DNA from: Entomortierella parvispora E1425
Lineage: Eukaryota > Fungi > Mortierellomycota
Length of the DNA stretch: 64,000 nucleotides
NCBI GenBank assembly: GCA_020891255.1
Contig: BQFW01000002.1
Location: 3,410,001-3,474,000 of the forward strand
Direction: 5' to 3'
How positions within the stretch are numbered: position 1 is the stretch's first letter; the number at the start of each line of letters is the position of its first letter. A program made the translations under genes and the position numbers. Positions 26,337-40,435 of this stretch are shown piece by piece. The notes under the pieces were generated by a model. It was not told where the DNA came from and ran no database searches. It worked only from the letters and a program-made list of their open reading frames with translations.

Positions 26337-26805
26337 TGGGAGGTTACAAGGGTTGAAAGGACTTGAAAATGGATACTGGATGACAGAGAAGAGAAGGTCG
26401 CGGTAAGAGCGAAAACAGTGTGGAAAGGTTTCCTTTGGCTACATTTTATGTTCCTGGCTGGATTTGGCCAGCAGGTGCTGGTCTGTCTTGTGTCCCCAGA
26501 AATCAGGCCCAAGCCCTCCTTCGGTGCATCAGCCAGCCTAGCGCCATCCTAAGCTCCAGAGTTCGAATACCACAAGTACTGCGCCTAATTCGTCTTGGAC
26601 TTTCTGCATTGATCTCGATACTGGACATATCCTATGACACCTATCTACAGCGGTCATAAGCATGCTGCGCCTTTGTAGAAAGAGAAGAGGGTTTACTTTT
26701 CGGAGGTTTTTTACTTTTTTATTTTACAAGATGTTCATGAAGAGTGAATGAAGTTGTCACAAGGGTGGGATAAATTTCATCGCCAACTTGCTCTTTTCAC
26801 TATAG

Positions 26806-29800
26806 TCATTCATCAACACTGGTGGGTCGTGAGCTACCTCCACTGCCATTGATACCGTCACCACTGTTACTACCCGTACTTCCTCGATGAGTGTAGTTGG
26901 TTGCCGTCGAGACTTGACTGTACATTGATCCCGAGCCAACGCCACCCCCGTTAGGGCTCAGTCCCGGCCAGCTCTGAGTTGATCCGCTAGCACTTGTCCT
27001 GGAAGATGGGTTCGAAGGAGCCGAATTCTTATTCTTGGGCGGCTCTCGGATCGTGCTCAACTCATCCACCATCCTCTCGGGCACCCAAGGTCGCGTCAAC
27101 AGGTAATGCAGGATTAACTGTTGGGTCGGTCGGATACCATTGCCAGAAACATCGTCTTCTTCTTCATCGTAAGACGATTGATGAGTGATGTTTCCTCCAA
27201 TAATCTGTCGATCCACTGAACTTGTTCTATACTTGGCTGTCCGATGCAATGCTGAAGTCAATGAGGGTGCCCGGAAATGATGATGATTTTTGGTCGCAGC
27301 TTTGATATAGGATCTAGGTGGCTGTGATGAATATTTGGGACCCGACTGGTATGCTGTAAGGGTCATCAGCAAATCCTGTATCCGAACATCGTCTTCAGGC
27401 GCAAACTGTGTACTGATCGAGGATGGGGCGCTGCCAGGTGAAGGTTTTTCTCTGAGGCTGGAGGTAGCAGGGATCGAGGCCGAGATGGGCGGTGCTGCAC
27501 TGCTGCTATTGTTACCCTTCTTGACTGCTGCCAGTAAATAGGTGATGTCCATGATAAATGTTCCCAAAAATGGTACCATGGGCCTCCGAGCCGCTTCCTT
27601 GGCGCGGAAGCCTAAATTGGATAGGCTGTTGCTCACGCCGTTGAGATTTAAAATGTCTAACTTGCCGCTGCCACTTGGTGCCGAGGTTGAGGACGTCGAT
27701 ATCATTGCCGAGTGTTGAACGGGTGAGACCATGGCTGGGGACAACAGATGAGTTCCAGCGTTCAAACTGGTCATCATTTCCCTGTACTTTCCATAATTCC
27801 GTCCTTCACTCATCAGTTCCGAAAGTGTTTCCAGCTTGTGCATGCTCTTTCGAGGAACAAATCCCCAGGTGCGTTTCAGTCGTTTCACTGGCGGCGTTCC
27901 AAGAGCGGACAGAACCGCTTTGAGTGTCTGGAAATTTTCGAGTTCGTGCAGCTTGACTGCCACCTTGACCCAGTAGTGCATGCATTGAGCACGTCCCGAG
28001 GCTTCTGGAGGAAACAGGACTGAGTACTCAATCATCCGAGTTAGATAATTGAAGAAATCCGTTGAAGCCGTAATGGTTCGGTGAGGTGTTTTCGGTGAAT
28101 GTGTCAAAAGAGCCGAGGGCGGAATCTCCAAAAAGATGGCCGACTCGACCAGCGTCAGTTGGTAAGCAACCAGGTAGGCCGGAAACTCGAGAATAGAAGT
28201 GATACTGGCAGATCTATACAGAAGCTCCCGTACTTTGGTGATTGTGGCCATGACATTGGAGATCATGGAGGTGTACTTGTTCAGATTCTCCTGTAGGGTT
28301 TGTACATCCACATCTTGGTCCTGTGAGTCCTTTTTGGATCCAGAAGTCTTTTCTTGGAGCATCAGCTTGGTCTCTGACAGCTTTGCGGAGCAACTCTTTT
28401 CCTTCTCGACCAAGGTCCGATGGGTGGTTCGAAGGGGTGTCACCGGGATCATAGGAATATGATCCGAGGGTCCATAGGTTTTTTGATCTAGTTGATCTTC
28501 ATTGTCGCCACTAATCCGTTCCGCCTCGACCATGTTTGTCGGGTCGACGCTACCGTCTGGGATGACGGAGATGAACGAGTTTGTTTGACCTAACGCAGTG
28601 TACTGGAGCAGGGTATAAGGCCGGGAACGATCCGCGGATGAAATGCTAGAGGATATGCTGCAAGGCGAGAGTGTCGGTGATGAGGGCACAGAAAGAGGGG
28701 TTCCTGGACGACGAGCTGGTGTGGGGATGGCGATGCTAGGGGATGACGCTCTCCTGTTTAGTGTTGGCGAAAAGACATGGCCTGTGTGTGTAATTCGAGG
28801 ATACATGTTAGTTGACGTGACTCCACTTTCCTTTCTCTTCTGCTCTTTCATGAACCAATGGACAAACCTTCCAAATCATCGTCATCTTCATCCTCATCGT
28901 CTTCATCTGTATCGTCGTCCTCCATGGAATGCTCTTCAGGTTTGGCGTCGCTCAATTTTCGGTATAGGCGGGCAGGTTTTGGTGGCAAGGGTGGTTTTGA
29001 TTGTGGTGGTGACTCTAGACCAACAGAGTACAAGCTCTGGGCTGGCATAGACTGTGGACGGGCCGAATGGTCCGGTCGTGGCGCTAGAGTGTGTACACTG
29101 TTGTTGTTGTTGTGATGATGGTGCACAATGCTCCGATGACTCTGTGTTGTTGTACCCTCCATAACGCCATTCTCTGAAAATCCTAGAATCGGGCTTCTAT
29201 TGGTGGGGGTTGGGGGAGTTCCGGGTTGCTGTGGAGGTCGCCGCGTTGGTTTGGGTGGGATCGATGGAGTCGGCCGACTTGGGGGTGGCGGTGAAGTGAT
29301 GCCGCTAGGACTTCCCGGACCAGAGACTGAGTGCGATCTCGAGACAAAGGCGGAGATCCGAGAGCTGGCGGGCGAGGGTGTGGATGATGAGGATGATATT
29401 GTCGCCTGGGGCTCTGATCCAGGGTCCGCAGAGACAGCAGAGGCCTGCAGCTGTTCCGTGAGCATGGTGACGGTCCGTGTCTGTCCTGAGGTTATCCGAT
29501 CTGAATGGCGCGAGAGCGAAGTCTTGCGCGGGATTGCTGGTGGCTCATTGATGGCTGCGATAGCAGCATTGTGTTTCGAGAGGATGTCCTGAGCAAAGCC
29601 GACGCTCGACCGGGCGACGGATATGAGCGACACGGTTGTCGCGGATGTGATGGCGACTATTGACAACATTCAGAAAGAGAGGAGCAGAAAACAATGAGCC
29701 AAAGAAAGGACGCCAAAGAAAATAAAGTGGGTCTGGAGCGCGAACTCTGACCAGGACAGGTGCACGCGTCGTGGTCATTCAACAAAGGGCATGCAACGTA

Positions 29801-30040
29801 CCGTTGGCAATGAACTTGACTTTGCGGAGCTCGATCGCGGCAAGGTCAATGATGTCCAAGTAGGTAAAGTAGGCATCCTGGAATGAAGAAAGAAACGAGG
29901 TCAGGTCGGGGCGGGTCATCAGGTTTTTGGAAGGATGGTTTCACGATAAGAGAGCGATATTAAAAACAAAATTAGTGTCTGTGTGTGTGTGTGTATGCGA
30001 GCACGGGTCGTCGGATGACAAAGGAGAGCGAGGCATGCAA

Positions 30041-30071
<31 letters not shown>

Positions 30072-30140
30072 TGGTACCTTGAAGTTGCCGGAGGACAGGG
30101 CATCGGCTGACCTGGCCAGCATGGACTGGATCTCGTCCAT
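26806..30140 (-). CDS. RasGEF (CDC25-homology) protein with N-terminal helical (MIT-like) segment and Pro-rich/acidic linker
   Basis: Exons 30140-30078, 29877-29802, 29656 to about 28870, then from about 28785 to the stop at 26806. CDC25 domain: AYQLTLVESAIF..TDFFNYLT..RAQCMHYWVKVAVKLHELENFQTLKAVLSALGTPPVKRLKRTW..NYGKYR..VPFLGTFIMDITYL. Confidence 0.85.
30041..30071. repeat. (CTGT)n microsatellite in RasGEF intron 1
   Basis: About 8 units read directly. Confidence 0.95.
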
Positions 30141-30751
30141 CGATGAAATGTATGCTCTCTCTTTTGGGATGGCCAATGGGGCCCCGGAAGGTGCTAGAGC
30201 CCAGACGTTGGAGGACGACGCTGGAACAAGGGTTTGACAAGTAGAGAGCGGGTCGGTCGACAGAGAGAGATAAAAGCTACAAAGAGAGGGGGACGAAGAA
30301 TGCGAAGGAGCAAAAGAGTGGATAGAAAGAGTGGACAGGAAGAGTGGACAGGAAGAGTGCTGTCAAAGGACGGCTGGATTCAGCAGGGGCAGGGCTGGTC
30401 GGGATGGGGTGCAGAAGAGAAGGAACCCGGACAGCAGCGAATGACGAGCAATGCGGAGAATGAGAGCGAGGCAGGGATGGAGGGGATGGAAGGAAGGATG
30501 GAAGGAAGGAAGGATGAACAAGCTGGGCGAAGAATGAATGACTGACTGACTGAATGACTGAATGAACGAGAGGGAGGAACAACGAACAAAAGAAGGAAAG
30601 GAAAGGGAAAGGAAAGGGAAGAAAAAGAACAACGAGAGACAGGGAAGAACAGCGCACAACCACCGTGCAAAAAGAGGTGCTCCTCCTGCTCTCACTCTCA
30701 GTCCTGTTCCCTGCCTGGTGTTGACTTGCTTGTCCTCTTGTCCATCCATCC

Positions 30752-32514
30752 ATGCCAAAGGTAATCCCGCCCTTGATTACTTGTATGCCCTCACCTGGCG
30801 CTCATGTCCTGTCCTTTTCTTTCTCCCTCTCTCTGTCTCTCTCTCTCTGCTCGTCTGGTGTCTGCACCGCCGACAATGAGGCTGACAGACAGCCCAGATC
30901 CGAGAATGAACCCCTCCTCGCTCGAAACGCAACGCCCATGCTTCATGGTCCTCCTGATCACGCCCTGCCCCTTCGCCGCAGGTCGACTCACCCTTTCTTC
31001 TCGTCCTTCCTTCTCTTCCCTCAATAGCACGCCACAGCCAATGATTCAAAGCTGGCCCGCGCCTGCCAGGTGAGTCTCGTCTCTCAATCTCTGTGTTTCG
31101 TTGGTGTTTTGGTCCACTGCTCTTTGGCCTTTGGTCATTTTTTTTCCCTCTTTCTTTTGCTTCGTTTCTTCTGTTGCTCATTGACAAACGTGCTTCTTTG
31201 ACTGGGGCTGTGTGTGTGTCTCCTACTCTGTGTGTGTGCATGCTGTTCTTGACCCAATCACCATGCAATCCTTTCCCCCCCCCCAAAAAAACCACCCTCT
31301 TTTCTCACTCTCTCTTTCTTTCTCTCTCTCTCCATAATAACTCAGCTTCCCTCGGCTCAGTTGAATGACATGCTTGGGTCCGGCAAGGACTATACGCCTG
31401 CAAGGTATTTAATCGCTCTGCTAAATAATCCCGTCATCGAAGGAGAGACCGAGACTATTTGTGGAGAAGGAGCTAGGAACAAGGTGCACGCTGCTGGTGG
31501 TACCCTCGGCGCACAAAAGAGCCTCTTTGGTTCCTTCTCTCTCTTCCCCTGTCTCTCCTCACTGTTTCCGCAACTAGATGATTAATTTTATTCCGTCCCT
31601 CGGGCTTCCGTTTGCCTCTCTCCTTCTTTCTGCAAATATGACAGCGATCCTAGCTGCGCCCTGTCCACGGTGGCATACCATATCAATGACATGCCAGAAA
31701 TGCTGCTAAAGTTCGCGGTTGATCTGGTCGAGTCCAACATGAAAGAGCTGTATGTGACCTAAGCGAGAAACCACTTTGGATGGGCGACATGCACCGCACC
31801 GAGGAGAAAGGAGAAACTAACATTTTCATTTTTGTGCCTGCATGCGACGAAACAACTTGGTCATCAGGTACATGAAGTCAAAGGATGGATGGTGCCGAGA
31901 GGATAAAGAGGACGAGATGGAGGATGAGCTTTCGCGGTATCTGATTACCTTCTGCGACAACGTGCCCGTCGCCATGGTTCACTTTCAGTTTGTAGAAGAG
32001 GAAACCATGACCGATCGGGATGCTGAGGTGGCTTATTGGTAAGCAACTTTTAAGTCTTGATGTTCCATGATGACCAATTTAGAGAAGAGTGATCAAGTCC
32101 ATGCTCACAGTGAGTACCTGCCGTTGAATATATAGCTTTGAGATCCAAGTTACACCCGGATACCAGCGAAAGGGTATCGGTGCGTATCTAATTGGACTTT
32201 TGGAGTCCATTGGAAAACAGGCGGCGATGGACAAGGTCATGCTCACAGTCTTTAAAGGTATGCCCTTGACCTTCGGATGCCCAAAGGCTATTTCTCCCAA
32301 AGACGCGTTAGTCACGTGAATGAACTTTCTCTCCAATAGCAAACACAAGCGCTATCAAGTTCTACATTGACCAACTCAAGTAAGTACACCTTCGGCCCGA
32401 TCGAGAGAGTGGAGAGCCCTGCACGAGAGGAATATGCATTGGGTAACGGTTTCCCAACGCCATCAAAGGCTCTATCGCCTCCTAGTACTGATCTTGAAAA
32501 CCATGATGCATGGA

Positions 32515-32545
<31 letters not shown>

Positions 32546-32659
32546 CGCTGTTTTTGCATTTGTAGGTACAAATACGACGAGATCTCTCCTTGCGTCTGCC
32601 TCACGCGGGGGAGGGCATCCCGGTTTGACTACGAGATTCTCAGTAAGGACCTTTTGTGA
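30752..32659 (+). CDS. NAT4: N-alpha-acetyltransferase 40 (NatD, histone H4/H2A N-terminal acetyltransferase); missed by the ORF track because of small exons
   Basis: Spliced translation: ..FAVDLVESNMKEL|YMKSKDGWCREDKEDEMEDELSRYLI..VAMVHFQFVEEE..EVAYC|FEIQVTPGYQRKGIGAYLIGLLESIGKQAAMDKVMLTVFK|ANTSAIKFYIDQLK|YKYDEISP..DYEILSKDLL, stop TGA 32657-32659. Has the QRKGIG acetyl-CoA motif and the NAA40-type YEILSK tail. The MPK first exon at 30752 is less certain. Confidence 0.88.
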
Positions 32660-35100
32660 GGTTTTGAGAGGAATAGACCCCTTCTTCTACAAACTCTCTC
32701 ACTCTCTGACTCTCACTTGAGAATCACTCGCGACGTCCAAGGGACTGTGGTGTCGACGTAGAGTGTATTAATAAAGTGGATGAAATTATATCTGCAGGAG
32801 TCTTGCAGGAGTCTCGCAGGAGGTTTGCAATGCGATTGTTTTTAGCAACATACTCGTAGTGGGATGCGTCAACTGACCCACAAAGATCTGATCCGATTTG
32901 CTCCATGTTCCTCTCAAGAACACTGGGTATTTCTGGCGATATTCACGCACTTGAAAATAACAAACAAGAAGAGCTCGGTCCCTCTCTTCTCGTCATCCTG
33001 CACAAAATGCTTTTTTTTTCTTTCTCTCAACGTTGTCCATGTCGCTCGGAGGACTTTTTTTCTTTCCTTTCTTTGCGATCGCAGCTCGAAAAAAATCCTC
33101 CTTTGCCTTTTCGTCTCGGGGTCTCGGGGTCAGAGCGATTACATTATACCTCCGTCTCCCTGAATCTCGCATATCAGAGAGAATTTTGAAGGGGGAGGGG
33201 AATGATGGTTTTTTTAACGAGCCTTTTTGAACGCATGGACCTCCGCAACAAGTCCCGAAAACAATAGCCAAAGCCTGGTCCCATATGTTTTTCAAATGTC
33301 AAAAAAATATCAACATGATGTCCAAGCAAGGGCCATTTGTTCAAACAAAAGCGCACACACACACAAAAAGAAAACAATTGGGAGGGTGGACCGGAAACTA
33401 TGGGGCAAAGGCCACTATGAACTTTGAGCATCCATGACTCTAATTGGACAAAGCGCGCTATGGACAATCTACCATTGACTTCTAGGCGAGGGGAAAGGGG
33501 GCAAAGATGCAGAAAAGGAGGGGACCTTGGTTTTGTGGGACCCAAAAAATCAAAACAAGAGTGCCGCTTTTCCCCTCCCCTTGGGCGGGAGAGGAACTAT
33601 GGTCGATGGCGATGCACGCTTTGGGCACACTCCATCCAACAAATGACAAAGCCAACAATCGAGCGGTGCTTCAATCCACACGACTCCGCTGCCATAGCCA
33701 CCTCCGCAACCACAATCGCAACTGTGTCCATCTCCTCGCGCACAGAACACATCAAAACACACGCACGCACCTTGACATTGGCCAACTTGCTGGTAAACTC
33801 AAACCCGTTTAGAAGAATGGGTCCTAGTAGAATATTCAGGGGACAGAGAAACACACAGAAAAAAAAAAAGATCAACATACAAAACCCACACATTCTTGTT
33901 TTCTATAACAAAACGAGTGTCAATGGATTGAGAACTTGAGAGCCTCGAACATTTTGGACAACATGCATCGTTGGCACATGCGATGCGCGTGTTGAGAACC
34001 CAAAGAACCCTGAAGAGAGAATGGGCGGAACTAAAAAAGTGGCCACAAATACAAGACGGAAAAGTCGAGAAGAAAAGTAAAAACAACAAAGTCGAAGGAA
34101 GCACAAGAGTGGGAGAAATCAAAGAGCGATTAAAAGAGGACAAGCGGCCAACCATTGAACCATGGGCCCACCAGTGTCGCGGGTGTTGTTTACATTGTGC
34201 ATCCATTGTGCATCCACAAACTGCACACAAGCATGGGACAAGAAACTGTGTCCTCTCCATCAGATGCTTGACAATCAACGGCCCCAAAAGATACTGTCCT
34301 TCCCATGCCTTCCTCATGGTGTATTTTTCTCGTCCAGATCTGCTCGTCGATAATAGATCCCACCAGAACAAACAACTGCAAGAACACAGAATGTTGAGCA
34401 AAAATCCCAAAAAAAACGCAGCGAAGACGCGAGAAGGGATGGACGAATGGGCTTGCAGTTGGCGGCCGACTGCAGAAAGAGGGGAGGCTGAGAGACGGGA
34501 CGGACGGATGGACGGTGTATCATGGTCGAGGCATTGAAAAGAGGCATGTCCTGCTCAGTTCTGGTCTTCGCTGCCAACGTTTAAAAGGTCGCGCCGATGT
34601 GGTCGCGGGAAGTTCATCTTTGTCCATCTTCAATTCCCTCTCTTTCTCTCTATCTCTTTGTCTTTGTCCAACCCCCAGCCCCAATCCAAGCATTGTACCA
34701 TTGCACCATTGACGCTTGCGCCTTTCCTCTTCTACGGATCCTGTGTCTTCTCCTCTTTCACCCTTGACGCCCTTCCTCGCTTGGCCACTCACCTCCGCCT
34801 CCTCTGCCTCCTTCTCCCCCCACGCTTCACTCGACCCGGCTCCCCTTCACATCTCGTGTCGATAAGATATCCTCTTTTCTTTTTTCCCTCCTTTTTTTTT
34901 CTCTTTTTCTTTGTACTTCCTTCGCCCTTTTTTTCCCTTCTTTCTCTTTCTCTTTCTCTTTCTGTTCTTTTCTTCTCCATCACCCTATTGCATCTCCATT
35001 CTGGTTCATTCTTTGTTTTCCTCCAACTCTGCATTCAGCGCCCCTTCCCTTTTTACTCTTTACTCCTCATTCCTCTACTCATTCGCCCGTTCTAGTTCGA

Positions 35101-37739
35101 ATGCTAAACCTCCGACGCTCACTCCAAAGTAAGCAAAGCTCCGAAGTACCTGCCGTTGTCACAGGCATGGCCCCTCCACGCAAAGTCATCAAGGCCCTTT
35201 ACGACTTCAAGCCCACACAGCCCGAAGAACTGACCTTCTCCAAGGGCGACTTCTTTCACGTCGTGGGCAACGAGGATGATGAGGACTGGTACGAAGCTGC
35301 GAACCCGATCACAGGAGCCCGTGGCTATGTCCCCGTCAACTACTTTCAGATTTTGGAAAAGTCGGCGCCTTCAGGGGGCGGCGTTGGTCTGGGTGGAAAG
35401 CATCAACAGCAACGCTATCGCCAAAGGAATAGCGACCAGAGTCTAGAAGACAGTGGCAATGACTCTGGAGCCTTCACAGATCCTCCTCAACCCTACCAGC
35501 AACATCATCAAGGTCATCACCACCATCAGCAGCACCACGCCCATCAAGCTCGCGCTCAGGGTCATACACACTCTACCAGTAGCGTCTCTGTAGCAGCCGC
35601 TTCGGCCGTGGCCCCTGTCAATATCTCACCCTCGCTATCGCAAACAAGCAGTACTGGCATGAGCATGGCCTCGCCGCAACCACCAGTACCCAAATGTCAG
35701 CCATTGTATGGTATTGTGCTCTATGACTTTGGAGCCGAGCGAACGGATGAGCTAGATGCCAAAGCCGGGGATGCCATCCTAGTGATCGCCCAGTCTAACG
35801 AGGATTGGTATGTGGCCAAGCCAATTGGGAGGTTAGGAGGCCCTGGTCTGATCCCAGTCAACTTTATCGAGATCCGGGATATGGTCACAGGCAAGCCCAT
35901 CAACGTGGCAGAGATGCTGAAGCAAACCGGCACGGCGATCCCTCGCGTGGAAGAATGGAAGAAACAGGCAATGGAGTACCGGGCCAACAGCATACCTTTG
36001 GGTCGCATCGAAGATGCCGCGCAACAGCAGCAACAACCACAACAACCTGTACAGCAGCAACAACCTTCTCAGACGTATCCATCACAACAGCAACAACAAC
36101 AGTATCGGCAACAGCAGAATGGAGGACCGACGATTCAGCAGCTCAAGAACAAGCTTTCTCGAGATCTCAAGCAACAACAGCAGCAGCAACAAAACGGACA
36201 TAATCGCCATCAGTCAGAAGATGTGAGTCGACGTGTGGTAAGTTCCCTCTCGCTCGCTCTTTGACCCCATGCCTTCGCTTGCTTGTCCTCTGTTTACCTT
36301 TTGTACCCCGACACCCTGGACTCTTATTGCTCAGGAGCAAAGAGAACGAAAGGGATTGGGCACTGACCTGCCAAGTACAGGTGGTCCCGCGCAAAAACAA
36401 AAAAAAAAAAAACAAAAAAAAAACCAGCAATACAACAACAACACGAGAGGGAAAAGGAGGCGGGTATCAGGTCTGGTAGCACGTTACTGCACCCAGTACC
36501 CCTGTCCTTCCTTCCCCTTTTGCCTCCTCTTCCAAACGTTCCCTCTACACAACCTTCAAAAATCCTCCGTACCACACACGAATTGGATTACGAGCTGTGG
36601 TTAAGATTTCTTTTGGTTAGGTTTTCTTTTTGACCCTTTATTTTCTTTTTTTTTTTCTCTACCGCGTGTAGGATACATACTCGCGACCCATTTTACCTCC
36701 GACGAATCGGTCCTACACAGATGCATTCGAGGACAGTCAGAGGAATAGCCGCCACTCACAACAGTATCAGCTGTTGGATCCCTCACGGGTCGTAGTTGAC
36801 GCGTCTGTCGAATCGTTTCATCATGAGGACGACCAATACTGGTTCACTGTCCGTGTAGAAATGGAAAATGGTGCGATCCGGAGCCTCTTCAGACTTTATG
36901 AAGATTTCTACAACTTTCATATTGCACTTCTGGAGGAATTCCCAGTAGAGTCGGGCCGGACAGGAGGTCAGGCTAGGATCTTGCCGTTTATCCCCATCCC
37001 CCTGCAACAGGTCACAGATATCGTAACAGCCTCAAGACGGGTGGATTTGAACGAATACGTTCATGAGCTGTGTCGATTGCCGACCAGGATCACCCACCAT
37101 CCACTCATCGAACAGCTATTTGAGGTCAAGGACGGCGATACAGAGATGCCACCGCCACCCTCTCAACAACCACATCTGTCAACCATCTCTACCTCCACCA
37201 CAGCCACAACAACTACAAAGACGGACCGTCGCACATCTCCGACCACTCAATTGGGCAACGCCACCACCCACAACAACAATACAACTACTTCTACCACTAA
37301 TACTAATGGCGGCTCTACCACCAACACCACCACCAACGCTCGGGCCAATCTACGGGCGGCTGTATCAGCCGCCTCTGCCTCCGTGGGACATGTGCCCGCA
37401 GTATCCACCGCCGCTTTGACCGTTGGCTCCACCTCTGCCACCGTCCCAGGGGCAGGGGTCGGCACAGGATCCTCAGGGATGGTGATGACCTCTGGCACGA
37501 TGGAAGAGATGGTCAAGATCAAGATTGCGTATCTGGACGATATTATGGCAATGAGGATACCGACCTCCATCTCCTTGGAGGTGTTGCGGAAACGGATTTT
37601 TGAGCGATTGGGCATTGACAATGACAAGAATCTGAGCTACCGGGACGACCGGGGCGGCTTTGCAACCCTCCAACGCAACGCCGACATCAAGAAGGCGATT
37701 GAGCGGAGTGGCGGGAAACTCATGATTTACGTCGATTAG
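35101..37739 (+). CDS. BEM1: Polarity scaffold Bem1/Scd2 (SH3-SH3-PX-PB1)
   Basis: SH3-1 KVIKALYDF..ELTFSKGDFFHV..WYEA..GYVPVNYF; SH3-2 YGIVLYDFGAERTDELDAKAGD..WYVAKPIGRLGGPGLIPVNFI; PX (YEDFYNFHIALLEEFP..ILPFIP); PB1 (VKIKIAYLDDIMAMRI..LSYRDD). Intron 36223-36671. Confidence 0.95.
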
Positions 37740-38104
37740 AAGGAAAAAAAGAGAGAGAGAGCGAGAGAGAAAAAAAAAAAAAAAGAGTGAAGAAAACGGC
37801 CGAAATTTTAAGAAATAGCTCAGTGCTACTACCAGCCGCCACATGTCTTCAAAGGCATTGACCAATAGATGTAACGAACAAAGAAAAATAAACCAAACCA
37901 CATATACCCGAGATCCATTCTCCGCTGCTTCCCTCTTTCTCTTCTTCTCTTTGCTCTTCATTTTCAACGCGCTCAAAAACCACGTTTTTTTTTTTTTTTT
38001 TTTTTTTTTGGGCTTTTTCCCCCCTCTGTCGCATGATAAACAGATATATTCCGATTTTTTTTTATATTCTATGAAAAGAGAAAACAATGAAAATGATGAT
38101 ACTT

Positions 38105-40329
38105 TCAGAGTTTGAGCTTCCAACCCAAGACCTGCCAAGTCCAAGCAAGAGCCGACACGACGCCGATATAAGCAGTCAAGATCCCCAAGGCCTGTGCCGT
38201 GGGCGTGTACAGGGTCTGGACAGAGAGATTGACCAAACCCGTAAAGATGTTGGCGACCAGGAACACGGCCAATCCGTTCCTGTTCACTGCCTCCAGCAAT
38301 GGAGGTACCGTCAGGGGTGGCAGCAACACCGTGGCCGCAGGTCGCTGGTTCTTTTTGCTGCTCGCCGATGTTGACAGGTTGGCCTTGGCTTGCGCCCGCG
38401 CAATGGCCAGAGGCGAAGGCTCATCCTGGGTGATGACAATCTCTGCCAGGAGGAAGCACAAAATGTATCCAGTATTGAAAGTAATGACCCAGAAAAAGTA
38501 TGACAGGTTTGCCTGTGATCGGCCAAAAAAAAAAAAAAAAAAAAGGGAAAAGGAGAGTAATGATGAATATCCAGCTGGACTTTGTGCACAATGTCTTGCC
38601 CCTCGCCCCTAGAAAAGGGAAGGCTCTTCCTTTTTTGTGTTTCCTAGCTTACCATTTGACGCGAAACGGGTATACGGAGGATACCGTAGCTGGTCATAAA
38701 GCCCATGCAGAGCAAGAATCCTAGACTGACCAGGATCATAGCCAACTTGCCCTTCTTTGCCTTCTTCTTGTTGCTTTGCTTCCGCATAAAGAAGTAGGGA
38801 TCGTTAGGAAGTACATAGAGTCCAACATCGACGCCCACCAAGAAAATAGCAAGATAGCCTACGTGTGAAGGACAACAAGAGGAGTTAGAGAGGCCCTTTC
38901 GTAACATGGTCGTAGTAATGTCCTGTGTGTCTTTTTTTGCCTTCTTACCAAAGAAACTGAAGATGCCCTCCTTGTTCATACTGATAATATCAACTCGGGG
39001 TGCGTGTTGGATGAACTCCTCAAGACCTCCGAATGTCAAAAAGCATTGGTAAACTAGCAAAAAAAAAGGTGTTTGTTAGATATAGAATCAAGGTTTTCGA
39101 GGTACGCTAAAAGATTTAGCCATGGCTCTCGATCACAGCCGAATGGACAAAAAGGATGCAGAAAGACATGTCTCCTTACCGACAGCAACAGCAGTTCCCA
39201 AGATAGAGAAACGCACATAGTCAGCCAGACTCCTGAAGAGGGTCACGAAGATGGGCAGGAATCCCAAAGTGAAGAAGAAGTTCCAGTGCATGCCGTATTC
39301 TGTGACATGCTCCTGATAATCGACTCCCTTGGTCGAGATGTAACGGCCCAATCCCAAGATCAAAAGGGGGATAGAAGTCCTCATGGCCAAAGTCATCTGC
39401 TTTGCAAATGGCATAGTCTCCTTCTTGAGATATCCACGAGCAGACACAACTCCTGACGAGAACACGAATGAGCCAACACCAAGATCCATCTATGAGAATG
39501 TGAGCTCGGGTCAGTGCACTGCAGGATCGACAAAAGAGCGCTATAGTAGGGTGAGGGCCAAAGTTTTCAAACTTACGAGTGAAGTACCGTAGACCTCAAC
39601 CTTTCCAAATCGACGAGGAAAAATGGGGAAATCCACGGCCAAGATCGCAATGCAGGTCAAAATCATCATTCCAGCACGGTACACGCTCAAAAAGATCTTG
39701 TGAGGGGTTTCTGGAGTCTTTGCCGCCCTGACAGACTTTCCAGTCGATCCGGCCACCCCACTGTCCAACTCGACCGTGGCATGATCGACCGCGGGTCCCT
39801 TTCGTTGACGCACGTCCTGATCCTCCTGTTCCTGAATGCTCGATTGAGTTGACGATCCAACACTCTCCTTTTCCTTTCCGCTCCTGTCATCGTCCTCCTC
39901 GTCTATTTCTTCTTCGTCTGATTCTCTCCATTTGAACTTTTTCTTCTCCTTTCTCAACACCTCATCGGAGGGGGGTCCACACACAGACTTGATCACGCCT
40001 GCAAAAGCCAAAGTGGCAAACGACCAGAGGTAGGCATAGTCTGCAAAGACAGTGCACCCCAACAGCAACGGCACGACCAGGGTCATGAAGTCCAACAGGA
40101 AAGATCCAGGGCTATTGCGGATCTTGGTTTTGGCTTGTTTGGAGGCCGTGGCGAGGATGCGATGAGCGGGCGAGGAAGGATGGTACTTTTGGATGGTCGC
40201 CCAGAGGATGAATGTAGTCAGGGCGGATGCGGTGACAAGAGTGGCCTCGCTCATGGACCCACCAGTATGGCCCGTCACCCAGGCCTCCTTGGCAGCCTTG
40301 TAGGCAGCAGCGTCTGATTCGGTGCCCAT
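38105..40329 (-). CDS. GWT1: GPI inositol acyltransferase (PIG-W)
   Basis: [51 protein letters not shown]|[40 protein letters not shown] and [19 protein letters not shown]; multiple hydrophobic helices. Confidence 0.95.
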
Positions 40330-40435
40330 GGCAATGTCAATTCCCGAAGGTGATGTAGAAGCAGGAAGCAGGAAGAGATGAATTGAAGGAATTGATGGGA
40401 GCATGTTTTCTGAAACGCACGCAGGGGACATTTTG

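Noticed and set aside
35129-35164. 36-nt GT-AG intron in BEM1 exon 1
   Set aside because: Too short, in frame, and the unspliced N-terminus matches Scd2-type spacing before PPRKVI.
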